A DNA stretch of 64,000 nucleotides from assembly GCA_963843145.1 (NCBI GenBank), contig CAWJJC010000005.1, forward strand, positions 1 through 64,000, in the 5' to 3' direction. Every line of letters starts with the position of its first letter. The first letter of the stretch is position 1. Positions 39,187 through 49,180 of the stretch are shown one piece after another. The notes beneath the pieces are model-generated. The model searched no databases and was not told the origin of the DNA. It saw nothing but the letters and a program-made list of their open reading frames with translations. The position numbers were made by a program, and so were the translations under genes. Source of the DNA: an uncultured delta proteobacterium (GTDB lineage Bacteria > Desulfobacterota > RBG-13-43-22).

Positions 39187-40785
39187 CTAAAGATAAATTT
39201 CTTGAATAAGGGGCAGAAAAGGGGCGACGGCGACCGGCCACTGCTCGCTATGGGAAATTAGCTCGGGAAGGACGTCGGCCAGCTCCGAAGCCAGGATCCC
39301 CTGCTTCCCTTTTTTTGCGGCCACCCGGACCCCGGCCCCGGAGTGAAAATAAACGCCTAAACAAGCGGCCGGCAAAGGGGCAACGCCCTGGGCCAGCCAA
39401 CCGGTGATCATCCCGGTCAGGACGTCCCCCATACCCCCGCTGGCCATAACGGGATGGGCTATGGGATTTAAAAAAATGGCTCCCGCGGGATCAGCCACCA
39501 CCGTGCGAGCACCCTTTAGTACTAATACGACGCCGTATTGTTCGGCGAAATCCCGGGCTGTCCCGATTCGATCGGCCTGAATTTCCTGAACCGTCTTCCC
39601 GGTCAACCGGGCCATCTCACCGGGGTGAGGGGTCAGAATGGCCCTCCCGGAAAGAAGGGTTAGAGACTCCGGATGATCGGCCAGGGCCGTCAGTCCGTCG
39701 GCATCGACCACCAGCGGAAGGGAAAAATCTTCTTTCAGCAATGACCGGATCAAGGCCTGGGTGCCGTCGGAAGTTGACAAACCCGGACCCAGGGCTAAAA
39801 CCCTCTTCCCGGCCAGTAAGGTTCGAATCCTTTCCAGGGCCGGCCTTCCCAAGCAACCGGTCTTCCCCTCGGGCAGGGGCTCGGTCATGGCCTCGGTCAG
39901 TTTCATCTCCAGGATGGGATTCAGACTGGCGGGGATGCCGAGAGTCACCATCCCGGCGCCGACCCGGAGGGCCCCCATCGCCGCCAGGGCCGCGGCGCCG
40001 GTCTTGCCCGTCGAGCCGGCCAGGATCAAGGCGTGCCCATAGGTACCCTTATGGCCGTCGGGTCGCCGTTCCGGCAGCCAGGGAAGCAGCTCGTCTCCGG
40101 ATAGCAATTCCACCCGGTCAGCCCCTTCCGGACGAAGCGCAGGAGGAATTCCAATATCCACCAGCAGCAGGCGGCCCACGTATTGGGAACCGGGGAAAAG
40201 CAGATGCCCGCGCTTGGGCCAACCGAAGGTTACCGTGGCGGAGGCCTGTACGCACAGGCCGAGGGGTTGCCCGGAATCAGAGGAGAGCCCGGAAGGGATA
40301 TCCACGGCCAACCTGGGCCGGGCGATTTCGTTCACCAGGGCAATCAATTCCTTAAAAAGCCCTTGAACTTCTTTTTCCAGACCGGTCCCCAGCAGAGCGT
40401 CTAGAATCAAATCCGCGTCCGCCAAATCCTTCTTCAGGCAGACCGAATCAAATCCTTCCGGGATTTCCTGCAGCGGAACGCCGCAGGCTTCCGCCAGTCG
40501 GGCATTATGGGCGGCATCCCCTTTCAGGGAAGCCTTCGACCCGGCCAGAAAAACCTTGACCTTAATTCCCAGATGAAGGAGGTAGCGGGCAATGACGAAG
40601 CCGTCTCCTCCGTTGTTTCCCTTCCCGACCAGAACAGCCGCCGAGCGGATGTGCGGATAAAGCTTCCCAATGACCTGAACCACGCCGCGCCCGGCATTCT
40701 CCATCAAAACCAGCCCCGGGACCCCAAGGTCCTCGATGGTCGCTCGGTCCAGCTCTTTCATCTGTTGAGCAGTGGTCAGAATCAT
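39187..40785 (-). CDS. nnr: Bifunctional NAD(P)H-hydrate epimerase/dehydratase
   Basis: LMENAG, GKGNNGGDG, AVDIPSG, HKGTYG, VVDADG, LTPHPGEM, GGMGDVL. Confidence 0.95.
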   Translation of the reverse strand: MILTTAQQMKELDRATIEDLGVPGLVLMENAGRGVVQVIGKLYPHIRSAAVLVGKGNNGGDGFVIARYLLHLGIKVKVFLAGSKASLKGDAAHNARLAEACGVPLQEIPEGFDSVCLKKDLADADLILDALLGTGLEKEVQGLFKELIALVNEIARPRLAVDIPSGLSSDSGQPLGLCVQASATVTFGWPKRGHLLFPGSQYVGRLLLVDIGIPPALRPEGADRVELLSGDELLPWLPERRPDGHKGTYGHALILAGSTGKTGAAALAAMGALRVGAGMVTLGIPASLNPILEMKLTEAMTEPLPEGKTGCLGRPALERIRTLLAGKRVLALGPGLSTSDGTQALIRSLLKEDFSLPLVVDADGLTALADHPESLTLLSGRAILTPHPGEMARLTGKTVQEIQADRIGTARDFAEQYGVVLVLKGARTVVADPAGAIFLNPIAHPVMASGGMGDVLTGMITGWLAQGVAPLPAACLGVYFHSGAGVRVAAKKGKQGILASELADVLPELISHSEQWPVAVAPFLPLIQEIYL

Positions 40786-40819
40786 AGCAATAATAAATTG
40801 GACGGCTTTTGTCGTCTGG

Positions 40820-41197
40820 TCAGCACTCCAGCACTACGACCGCCACGGCGTAATCGGCCTCATCCGTTAGGGTCAAAAAACTGCCTTTAATACCGGCCTG
40901 ATCGGCAATCTCCCGGGCTCGGCCGTACAGCCGGATTTCAGGACGCCCCAGGGCATTGGCCGTCACTTCGATATCCCGCCAGCGCAGCCCCTGGCGCATC
41001 CCCAGGCCGACAGCTTTGGAAAAAGCCTCTTTGGCGGCAAAACGCATGGCCCAATAGCGGGTGGCATTGGCTTTGCTGAGACAGAAATCTCTTTCCAACC
41101 CGGTATAAACCCGCTCCTGAAACCGTTCACCAAAATTCTCCAGGGCCTGCCGGATGCGGGACATTTTCACCAAATCCACTCCAATTCCGTAGATCAT
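40820..41197 (-). CDS. acpS: Holo-ACP synthase
   Basis: IYGIGVDLV, RFAAKEAFSKA.G.G, GRP. Confidence 0.95.
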   Translation of the reverse strand: MIYGIGVDLVKMSRIRQALENFGERFQERVYTGLERDFCLSKANATRYWAMRFAAKEAFSKAVGLGMRQGLRWRDIEVTANALGRPEIRLYGRAREIADQAGIKGSFLTLTDEADYAVAVVVLEC

Positions 41198-41510
41198 GAG
41201 CCTCGTATAAACCTCATTCCTTAATTTTTATATATATCAAATGATTAGACTGGTCAAGGAGAATATGGTCCTTGCACTTCGTAATGAATTAAATCGTCAA
41301 CCTATATGCTGAAGAAATTTAAGGAATCTGACCTGAACGCAAAAAGGACGGCCCTGCCCGTCATTGCCTTGAGACCAATCCGTTAGACCGCTCCATAAAG
41401 GAAGCCTTCTCTCATAAGTTCTGGCTGGATTTTAACCATCGACTTCTTATAGTAAGGTATGCGAAAATCAACTTAAATTCAGGTAGAAAGTATGCGGAGA
41501 TATTTCCCGA

Positions 41511-43480
41511 ATGAACACTGAAACCAAACCGCTGTTATCCCCTGGGGCCATACTGAGTGACAAGTGGTTGATCATGGAGATGATAGGTAAGGGGGCCATG
41601 GGTGAAGTCTATCGGGCCCATCAAATGAACTTAAAGCGCGACGTGGCCATCAAGGTCATATCTGAAGAATGGCTGAAGACGGTTGAGGAGGAAACAGGCG
41701 GGAAGGAAAACCTCCTGCAACGTTTCCAGCGGGAATTTCAAGCCATGGCCCAGGTGCGTCACCCCAACATTCTCCAAATCTATGACTATGGTTCCGAATC
41801 CATCCTCAAAGATGGAAAAGAGGTCCCCCTCGATTACATCGTCATGGAATATATCCCCGGGGCAACGCTCCGTTTCACCCTGTCCGATGAAGGCTTTGAA
41901 CCCGACGAACAACTGATTAAAGACTGGCTGAAAGATTATTTTTCTCCGGTATTGGATGGAGTCCAGGCTATGCATGCGCTGGGGATCATCCACCGGGATC
42001 TCAAACCTGAAAATATCCTTTTAGATGGCCTAATTCCAAAAATTGCCGATTTTGGACTGGCCCGTTCGAACCGCCTGAGCCCTCTTTCTCAAACCGCCGA
42101 TGCCCAAGGTACTTTGACCTACATGCCCCCCGAACAATTTATCGACTTTAAACGGGTGGATCAACGGGGTGATATCTATTCCCTGGGGCGGATCTTGTAT
42201 GAGGCCATTTCCGGGAGGATTTCCCAGGGAACCGTCCCCTTTAAACAGGTCAAGCTGACAAATCCCGGCTCCCCGTTTCTCCAGGAGTTGGACCGGATCA
42301 TCCAGTGGGCTACGGCCGAGGATCGGGACCAGCGACTGGAAACGGTTGAAAAAATGCGGTCCTTGCTTTGGGAAGCGATTCGGATTTTGGAGGCAGAAAA
42401 TAAGCCGAATTCCCAGCTCGCCTCCCCACTTTCCAGGTGGAACCGGCCTAAATGGATTTGGACGGGTATTTCCGCGGCCGTTTTCAGCGTACTCTTCATG
42501 ACCCTCTGGCACTTCTGGGGAGACCCTGGCCAGTCGCTGGTTTTTTGGAAAAAGGGGCCACAGACCGGGCACGAACTATCCCAGCCAAGCACCAGTAGGC
42601 CGGCTTCATCCTCAGCGAGGACCTTAAAAGACCTGCCGCCCTCCATGATGGGGGAGGACGGCTCAAACATGCTTTTACTTCCGGGGGGAGACTTTCAGGT
42701 AACCCCGGTGGACGGGAACAATCCCGGCAGAAAAGTTCACCTAGCTCCCTTTTATATGGACAAAAACAAGGTAAGCACTGAAAAATATGCCGATTTTTTA
42801 AATGAGGTCAAGGATAGCCTGGTAGTCGACCAGGGCGTGGTAAAAAATAATGGTCAGATCTGGTTTCTCATGGGTGAAGGCACGGAACCCTATGAACACA
42901 TCATCCATCGACACGGCCGTTTCCATTTAAAAGATCCGCAAGCGGCCGGGCAACCCGTCGTTCGAGTGACCTGGTATGGGGCTTTGGCCTATGCCCGTCA
43001 TTTTCATAAGCAACTCCCGACCGAGGACCAATGGATATTTGCGGCTTATCATGGACGATTTTTAGCGGAAGGTGCTGGGGAAGGCCAGAAGGCCGGTCCC
43101 AACCCTGCTAACCCGGGGACCGCAGCAGGTTTTAGCGGGCACATGTCCCACATGGACTATTCCGTGGAAGAACCCCCCGAAGGAAAATTCTGGATAAGTC
43201 AAAAACCGCCGAAACGCCTATCCTAAAAAATCCGGTCTTCCCCCAAGATATGGGCGGGGAGATAAAAGAATGGGCCGTGCGGAGTAACCCTCTTAACGCT
43301 TTGTCCACCAATACAAAGGGGACCGCCAATCAAGTCTCTTATGAAAGTATCATTCTTGGAAAACCGTCCCTTCTTGGAAAGTCAAAAATACGTTCCGAGT
43401 TAATCAGTAACCGTTATCCCTGGGAGGGATTTCCGAAGGTAGGTTTCCGTTGTCTCATTGAAGTCCGAGGTATCAACTAG
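41511..43480 (+). CDS. Hanks-type Ser/Thr kinase - TM - FGE/SUMF1-like domain (frameshift near 43180)
   Basis: GKGAMGEVY, VAIK, HRDLKPEN, DFG, GTLTYMPPEQ; TM helix; PFYMD..PVVRVTWYGALAY..LPTE.QW; next frame MGGEIKEW..VGFRC. Confidence 0.85.
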
Positions 43481-43489
43481 GAGCCCCCG

Positions 43490-45884
43490 ATGATATTGCC
43501 TACAGAGCGCACCCCCATGGCCGTTCTAGTCATCATTCTTATTCTCTTTGCCTCTTTGCCCGCCCGGGCAGCCACGGTTGAATACCAACTCACCATCGCC
43601 CGGGAGGAGGTCCAACTCACCGGCAAGCCGGTCCGGGCCATGACCATCAACGGGGTCATTCCCGGTCCGACCCTGCGTTTCCAGGAGGGTGATATCGCCC
43701 GCATTCACGTTCATAACCGGATGAACGTGGATACCTCCGTCCACTGGCATGGGATCCTCGTGCCCCCCGATATGGACGGCGTACCCTACATCAGCTTTCC
43801 GCCCATCCAGCCCGGCGCCACCTTTACCTATGAATTTCCTATTCGCCAGAGCGGGACCTATTGGTACCACTCCCACACCAACCTGCAGGAGCAAAGCGGC
43901 GTGTACGGCCCCATCGTCATCGAGCCCCGTTCGAAAGGTCCCCGGGCTGACCGTGACCATGTGGTCCTGTTCTCCGATTGGACCGATGAAGATCCCCACC
44001 AAGTGAATCGAACCCTCAAGCGCGGCAGTGAATGGTACGCGATCCAAAAAGGCAGCGGCCAGAGCATCCTGGGCGCCGCCCGCCTGGGTCTGCTCGGAGA
44101 CTACTTCCGGCGGGAACTCCAGCGTATGCCGGCCATGGACCTTGCCGACGTGGCCTACGACCGTTTCCTGGCCAACGGCCGGCCGGAGACCTTCCTTTCG
44201 GCCAAACCCGGCGAAACCGTGCGGCTGCGCGTTATAGACGGCTCGGCCACCACCTATTTCCACCTGGAATTCGCCGGCGGCCCGATGACCATCATCGCCG
44301 CGGACGGCCAGGACGTGGAACCGGTTCACCAGAACCGTTTTCTCATTGGCGTGGCTGAAGTCTACGATCTACTCGTCAAGGTCCCTACATCCGGGGCCTA
44401 TGAATTCCGGGCCACGGCCCACGACGGCTCGGGCTACGCCTCGGTCTGGATAGGTGACGGGGATCGCCACCCGGCCCCCGCCGTCCCCAAACCGAACCTC
44501 TACCACACCATGGGCGATATCAGCCTGAAACAGATCTTCGCCCTGACCCCCTCCGGCACGATGGGCATGCCCGATAATCGGGTGCAAGCCGGCCATTTCG
44601 ACCGGCCCGGGATGATGGGGATGGGCTCCATGGCTGGGGGCGCCGGGGCCGGGATGGAAAGTCAGGGCCAGGGGTCAGGCCCTCCCCGATGAAGATGGAG
44701 GCGGGGATCATCCAGCGGATGCGGGTGGGATCCCCTCCGAGGGTAATAAACCGATGAGCCATCCTGCCTCTCCCGTCGGCGGGATGGGACCCGGCGGCCC
44801 CGCCCAACCGATGACTCCCCCGGCTTCACGGATTGGAAATCAATACGGTACTGACTTTGGCTTCCTGGCCGCCGACGTTTCCTCTTCCCCCAACCTCGCC
44901 GTTGACGGAACGGATCCCCGGCGCCCCTGGCCGCCCTACGCCAGACTGCGGGCCACCCGGCCTACCGCTTTTACCAAGGATCACCCCGTCCGTGACATCC
45001 GCCTTACCCTGGACGGAGACATGGAGCGCTATGTCTGGTTTCTCAATAACCGGGCTCTTTCAGAAAGCGACTCGATCCGCATTCGCCAGGGCGAGGTCGT
45101 CCGGTTCATCATGATCAACCGGACCATGATGCACCACCCGATGCACCTCCACGGACACTTCTTCCGGGTCGTCAACGGTCAGGGCGACTACGCCCCGCTT
45201 AAACATACCGTCGACGTGGCCCCCATGTCCACCACGGTCATCGAATTCCTGGCCGACGAGGTCGGCGACTGGTTCTTCCACTGCCACCTGCTCTACCATA
45301 TGAAAAACGGGATGGCCCGGCTTGTGCATTACGAGGATTTCACCCTCTCACCGCTGCTCAACGCCATCCGACCCAACCTCTATCAGGATACCTGGTATTT
45401 CCAGGGTCAGGCTGATGCCCTCAGCAATATGACGGAGGGCTTCTTGATGCTTTCCAATACCCGCAACCTCCTGACGGCCGGCTGGAAGGTGGGCTGGCCC
45501 CACCGAAAAGAAACCGACTGGGAAGGCCTTTTTACCTGGGATCGCTACCTGAATCGCTTTCTCACCGTTTTTGTCGGCGCTGATTTGTTGGGGACCGGCC
45601 ATGAATCCACGGATACCCGGGCTGTGTTGGGCCTTCGCTACCTGCTGCCGCTCAATCTGGAATCCCGCGCCTGGCTGGATTCCGAGGGCGGAGTACGGAT
45701 CAATTTGGGAAAATCCTTTAGACTGACGCCTCGACTGAATCTATTCGGCGAGGCCCAGTACGACACCCATGACCTCTGGGAAGGCCGCGTGAGTCTGTCT
45801 TACCTGCTCAACCGGGACATTTCCCTCGTCGCCCAATGGCACTCCGATTATGGCTTCGGCGGCGGGTTGCGATTCCGATTTTAA
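43490..45884 (+). CDS. CopA/PcoA-type multicopper oxidase fused to a C-terminal beta-barrel (frameshift in the Met-rich linker)
   Basis: HWHG, WYHSH, HPMHLHGH, HCHLLYHM copper motifs; signal peptide; amphipathic beta-strand C-terminus ending GLRFRF. Confidence 0.88.
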
Positions 45885-46078
45885 GTAACGCCCTTTAATT
45901 GGTGCAAATCGTGAAAGAGCTCTGGGGGAAAATAGGGTGAATACTCCCCCATTTTTCCAAAGATAGTGCGCTTTTCATCCAAAAATACAGTCTATACCTT
46001 ATTGACTTTTTATGTTGCGGATCTTAACTTTTGGAAGTTAAAAGGGAAAATTTTTCTTGAAAGGCTGGGCGGGGTATA

Positions 46079-46699
46079 ATGATGATGACAAAGGTGCGAT
46101 TCCTGATGGTATTGGTCATACTGGCCGTAGTTTCCTCAACGAATGCTCAACAGAATCCTGTCACGTCCAAAGGTCTGATCGTGGGGGGTCACCCTAACGC
46201 TCCCATACGAATGGAGGTCTTCTCCTGCTATCAGTGTCCCCCTTGTCGCGAATTTTATCTGGAGACTATTCGGCCATTATTGAAAGAGTATGCCCGAACC
46301 AATAAGGTCTGCGTCATCTATTATGAATTCCCTTTAAAGATCCACCATTACGCCCGCGACAGTGCTCGGTATGCTGTTGCGGCTTCCCGTCTAGGTCAGG
46401 ATTATTGGCAACGGGTAAGTGAAGCGTTGTACACTAAGCAATCCCAGTGGGCGACAGATGGGAAAGTGGAGGCGGTAGTGGCCGAGGTCCTCACGCCGGA
46501 GGAGATGGCCAAGGTCAAAGAATTCTTAAAAGACCCCTCGATAGAACAAAGCATTGATCAGGATATTGCCGTTGGATATGAGCGGAAGATTCAAGGCACC
46601 CCGACGTTTTTTCTTTATGCCAAAGGGCGGGAGGAGAAGGTTTTTGGGAGAGTTTCCTACCCCGTTTTGAAAGATCGTCTGGACCAACTATTAAAGTAA
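46079..46699 (+). CDS. DsbA/BdbD-like thioredoxin-fold protein
   Basis: Signal peptide; YQCPPC; YEFPL..H; GTPTFF. Confidence 0.85.
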   Translation: MMMTKVRFLMVLVILAVVSSTNAQQNPVTSKGLIVGGHPNAPIRMEVFSCYQCPPCREFYLETIRPLLKEYARTNKVCVIYYEFPLKIHHYARDSARYAVAASRLGQDYWQRVSEALYTKQSQWATDGKVEAVVAEVLTPEEMAKVKEFLKDPSIEQSIDQDIAVGYERKIQGTPTFFLYAKGREEKVFGRVSYPVLKDRLDQLLK

Positions 46700-46704
46700 G
46701 GACG

Positions 46705-47214
46705 ATGCTCCCGCGCCTCCTGCATTGGGCCTGCCGGATTTTCTTGGCGGTGATCTTTATCTATGCCGGCTACACGAAATTAGAAAATCCCCTCCAGTTT
46801 GCAGCCGCTGCCGAAGGGTATCAATTGTTATCTCCCGGTTCAGTGGTCTGGGTGGTGAAGATCCTTCCCTGGGTGGAGATCCTTTTGGGAGCAACCCTGC
46901 TATCAGGCCTCTGGATTCGGTACACCGCCGGCTTTGCCGCCATTTTTCTGGCCTTTTTCATCGGGGTCATGTTCGTGACCTTTCTCCGCGGCATTGAAGC
47001 CGATTGCGGCTGCTTCGGCGTAGGAGAACGGATTTCACCTTTCACCTTAGCCCGGGACACACTTTTCATTCTACCGGCCCTTTTCCTGGTTATCCAACCC
47101 TGGCTGGAATCGCGAGGATGGTTTCCTAAATCGGGCCAGGTAAATGAACTGGTTGCTCTCAGGGCGCCAATTGACACTCCTTCATTGATGGTCTTTCAAT
47201 TGAAAATCTGCTAA
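46705..47214 (+). CDS. MauE/DoxX-family membrane protein
   Basis: RIFLA.IFIYAG..K, LPWVEI, RGIEADCGCFG. Confidence 0.85.
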   Translation: MLPRLLHWACRIFLAVIFIYAGYTKLENPLQFAAAAEGYQLLSPGSVVWVVKILPWVEILLGATLLSGLWIRYTAGFAAIFLAFFIGVMFVTFLRGIEADCGCFGVGERISPFTLARDTLFILPALFLVIQPWLESRGWFPKSGQVNELVALRAPIDTPSLMVFQLKIC

Positions 47215-47346
47215 AGCTCGCCGACCTCTTTTAAAGAGACCAGATAATCCGCTTCAGTAATGCTCCACGGATCCGAGCTAAATCTCAAAGGTGGAGTCTG
47301 AAGAAAAGAAAAAGGATTTAGGTTGAGAAGAATCTTGCAAAGGTTA

Positions 47347-47376
47347 AACGACAGCCACATCTCCGCGGCTGTCGTT
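47347..47376. terminator. Hairpin between convergent genes
   Basis: AACGACAGCC-N10-GGCTGTCGTT. Confidence 0.5.
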
Positions 47377-47402
47377 AACGTCACTTTGATTAAAGAGAAC
47401 TA

Positions 47403-47948
47403 TTATCGACAATTAGCCGGGGCCTTGGAATAAATCTTCTGCTGCAGGTCCCATATTTCCTTTTCAAGTTTAGCCCCTGCCTCGGGGGTGGTCTTGGGAT
47501 TGCGCATGGCTTCAAAATATTCAAATCGTTTGGTGTGCAGTTCTTTTCTCAAGCCGGCCGACTCATCAAAATATTTTTGGCATTCCGCATTAGGCTGATA
47601 GCCTTGTTGCCCTCCCCAGCCCGGACCCATCATGCCGTAACCGTGGCCCCTCCAGCCGGGCCCCATCATGCCGTAACCACCGCCATAACCCGGTCCCATC
47701 ATGCCAGGACCCATGCCGTAACCACCGCCATAGCCGGGCCCCATCATTCCGGGACCCATGCCATAACCACCGCCATAACCCGGTCCCATCATGCCAGGAC
47801 CCATGCCATAACCACCGCCATAACCCGGCCCCATCATTCCGGGACCCATGCCATAATAGCCCCCACCCCCTATACCCGGTTGGGCATAGGCAAAGGCGGC
47901 AAAAACCAGTAAAGAAGCCAGGGAAATTCCTAAAAATAATTTTTTCAT
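47403..47948 (-). CDS. Periplasmic ZraP/Spy-like protein with Gly-Tyr-Met repeats
   Basis: AGGAGG RBS; signal peptide; (GYGMGPGMMGPGYGG)x4; helical C-terminus LRKELHTKRFEY..P..LEKEI..LQQK. Confidence 0.8.
   Translation of the reverse strand: MKKLFLGISLASLLVFAAFAYAQPGIGGGGYYGMGPGMMGPGYGGGYGMGPGMMGPGYGGGYGMGPGMMGPGYGGGYGMGPGMMGPGYGGGYGMMGPGWRGHGYGMMGPGWGGQQGYQPNAECQKYFDESAGLRKELHTKRFEYFEAMRNPKTTPEAGAKLEKEIWDLQQKIYSKAPANCR
47620..47860 (-). repeat. 45-bp coding tandem repeat
   Basis: Four units plus partial copies, with alternating synonymous codons. Confidence 0.9.
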
Positions 47949-48163
47949 AAAGACGCCTCCTAAAAATTTATTTTGATAGAACAATAATAAACATAATAAC
48001 CCCTGGAATCAATACTAGGAAACTTGTATTTTTAACAAAAAAATTAATTACTTTATAACTACCGCAAGTTTATTCCCATCCGAACCGGAAGGCGGGCGAT
48101 TTATTTGTCTCAACTCGTTTCCTTTATTGTTAACTGTCCCTTTATTATATTTACACGAAATTT

Positions 48164-48250
48164 CTCGCCATCCCCGAATGTCTTTATCGGGGATCCAGAG
48201 TTTCCTGAGAAAAACCTGTATTCCCGCTCAGAAGCACTGCGGGAATGACG
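48164..48250. repeat. Palindromic intergenic element
   Basis: CCCCGA..TCGGGG and TTCCCGC..GCGGGAA hairpins ending in ATGAC. Confidence 0.6.
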
Positions 48251-48278
48251 CTCTACGATGTTGCTACTAATTTTAGAC

Positions 48279-48441
48279 TGTATAAAAATTATTCACCAAT
48301 TATTTCTTTTGAAGGATTAGGTGTAAAAAAAATATGCAGCCACCTCCTTCTCTAGGAATATCTGCTTCTCGAATTAGATACATAAATACAATAATATTAA
48401 TAAGTTATTAATTATTGGGCCTCCACTGGACCAGATGTTGC
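48279..48441 (+). promoter_or_regulatory. sigma54 promoter with tandem 17-bp upstream sites
   Basis: TGTATAAAAATTATTCA (48279) and TGTAAAAAAAATATGCA (48322); AT-rich spacer; TGG-ACCAGATG-TTGC (GG-N10-GC) at 48427-48441. Confidence 0.6.
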
Positions 48442-48486
48442 AGTAGACAGCAGATAGGAGTAAAACAAATTTTAAGGAGGCTGGTT

Positions 48487-48951
48487 ATGAAAAAACTATT
48501 GTTGCTTATGATTTTGGCGTTGGGAGTCGGTGTGGCTGGTTTTGTCTCGGCAGGATCTTGGGGAAACGGGATGGGCTCTGGTGGTTATGGTTATGGTATG
48601 GGCCCTGGCATGATGGGATCAGGCTTTGGGGGCAATATGATGGGTTCCGGGTACGGAAATAACCGGGGCTATATGATGGGATCCGATTATGGAAACAACG
48701 GGAATCGTGGATATGGAATGCCCTATGACAATGGCAATAATTACGGAGCCCATGAAAGTGGAAACCCAATAACCCAACAGGAGGCCAAGGCCTTTGTAGC
48801 AAACTACATCGGCGGAAACCCCAATCTGAAATCAGGAAAGATTAAGGACAGAACCACTTATTTTGAAACAGAGATCTTAACCAAGGATAATTCTTTGGTC
48901 TCCAAACTGGCTATCGACAAAAGAACCGGTGCCGTTCGCCAACTGCAGTAA
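48487..48951 (+). CDS. Secreted Gly/Met/Asn-rich protein with PepSY-like C-terminus
   Basis: AAGGAGG RBS; signal peptide; GMGPGMMG repeats; ITQQEAK..NPNLKSGKI..YFE.EI..LAIDKRTG. Confidence 0.75.
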   Translation: MKKLLLLMILALGVGVAGFVSAGSWGNGMGSGGYGYGMGPGMMGSGFGGNMMGSGYGNNRGYMMGSDYGNNGNRGYGMPYDNGNNYGAHESGNPITQQEAKAFVANYIGGNPNLKSGKIKDRTTYFETEILTKDNSLVSKLAIDKRTGAVRQLQ

Positions 48952-48975
48952 GGTTACCAATACCAAACCCTACCT

Positions 48976-49003
48976 TGAGGCCGGGAGGACCCGGCCTCAT
49001 TTT
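48976..49003 (+). terminator. Rho-independent terminator
   Basis: TGAGGCCGGG-AGGA-CCCGGCCTCA followed by TTTT. Confidence 0.75.
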
Positions 49004-49180
49004 ATTATGCTGCCCGAAAGAGAATGGTATGGCTTTATTTTTAATTTAAACGGCTTAAACTGATTTAATGAACAGTTTCCGAGAAAAAAAACTGAACGCT
49101 GATAGGAATTGTTTCTTGTTCTTCCCTTAATTTCCTCTCCAACTGTCCGAACGACTTCAAAAAGTCAAAGGAGGACTTCG

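Noticed and set aside
47620-47860. Regular repeats resembling a CRISPR array
   Set aside because: Contiguous in-frame coding repeats with no unique spacers and no cas genes.
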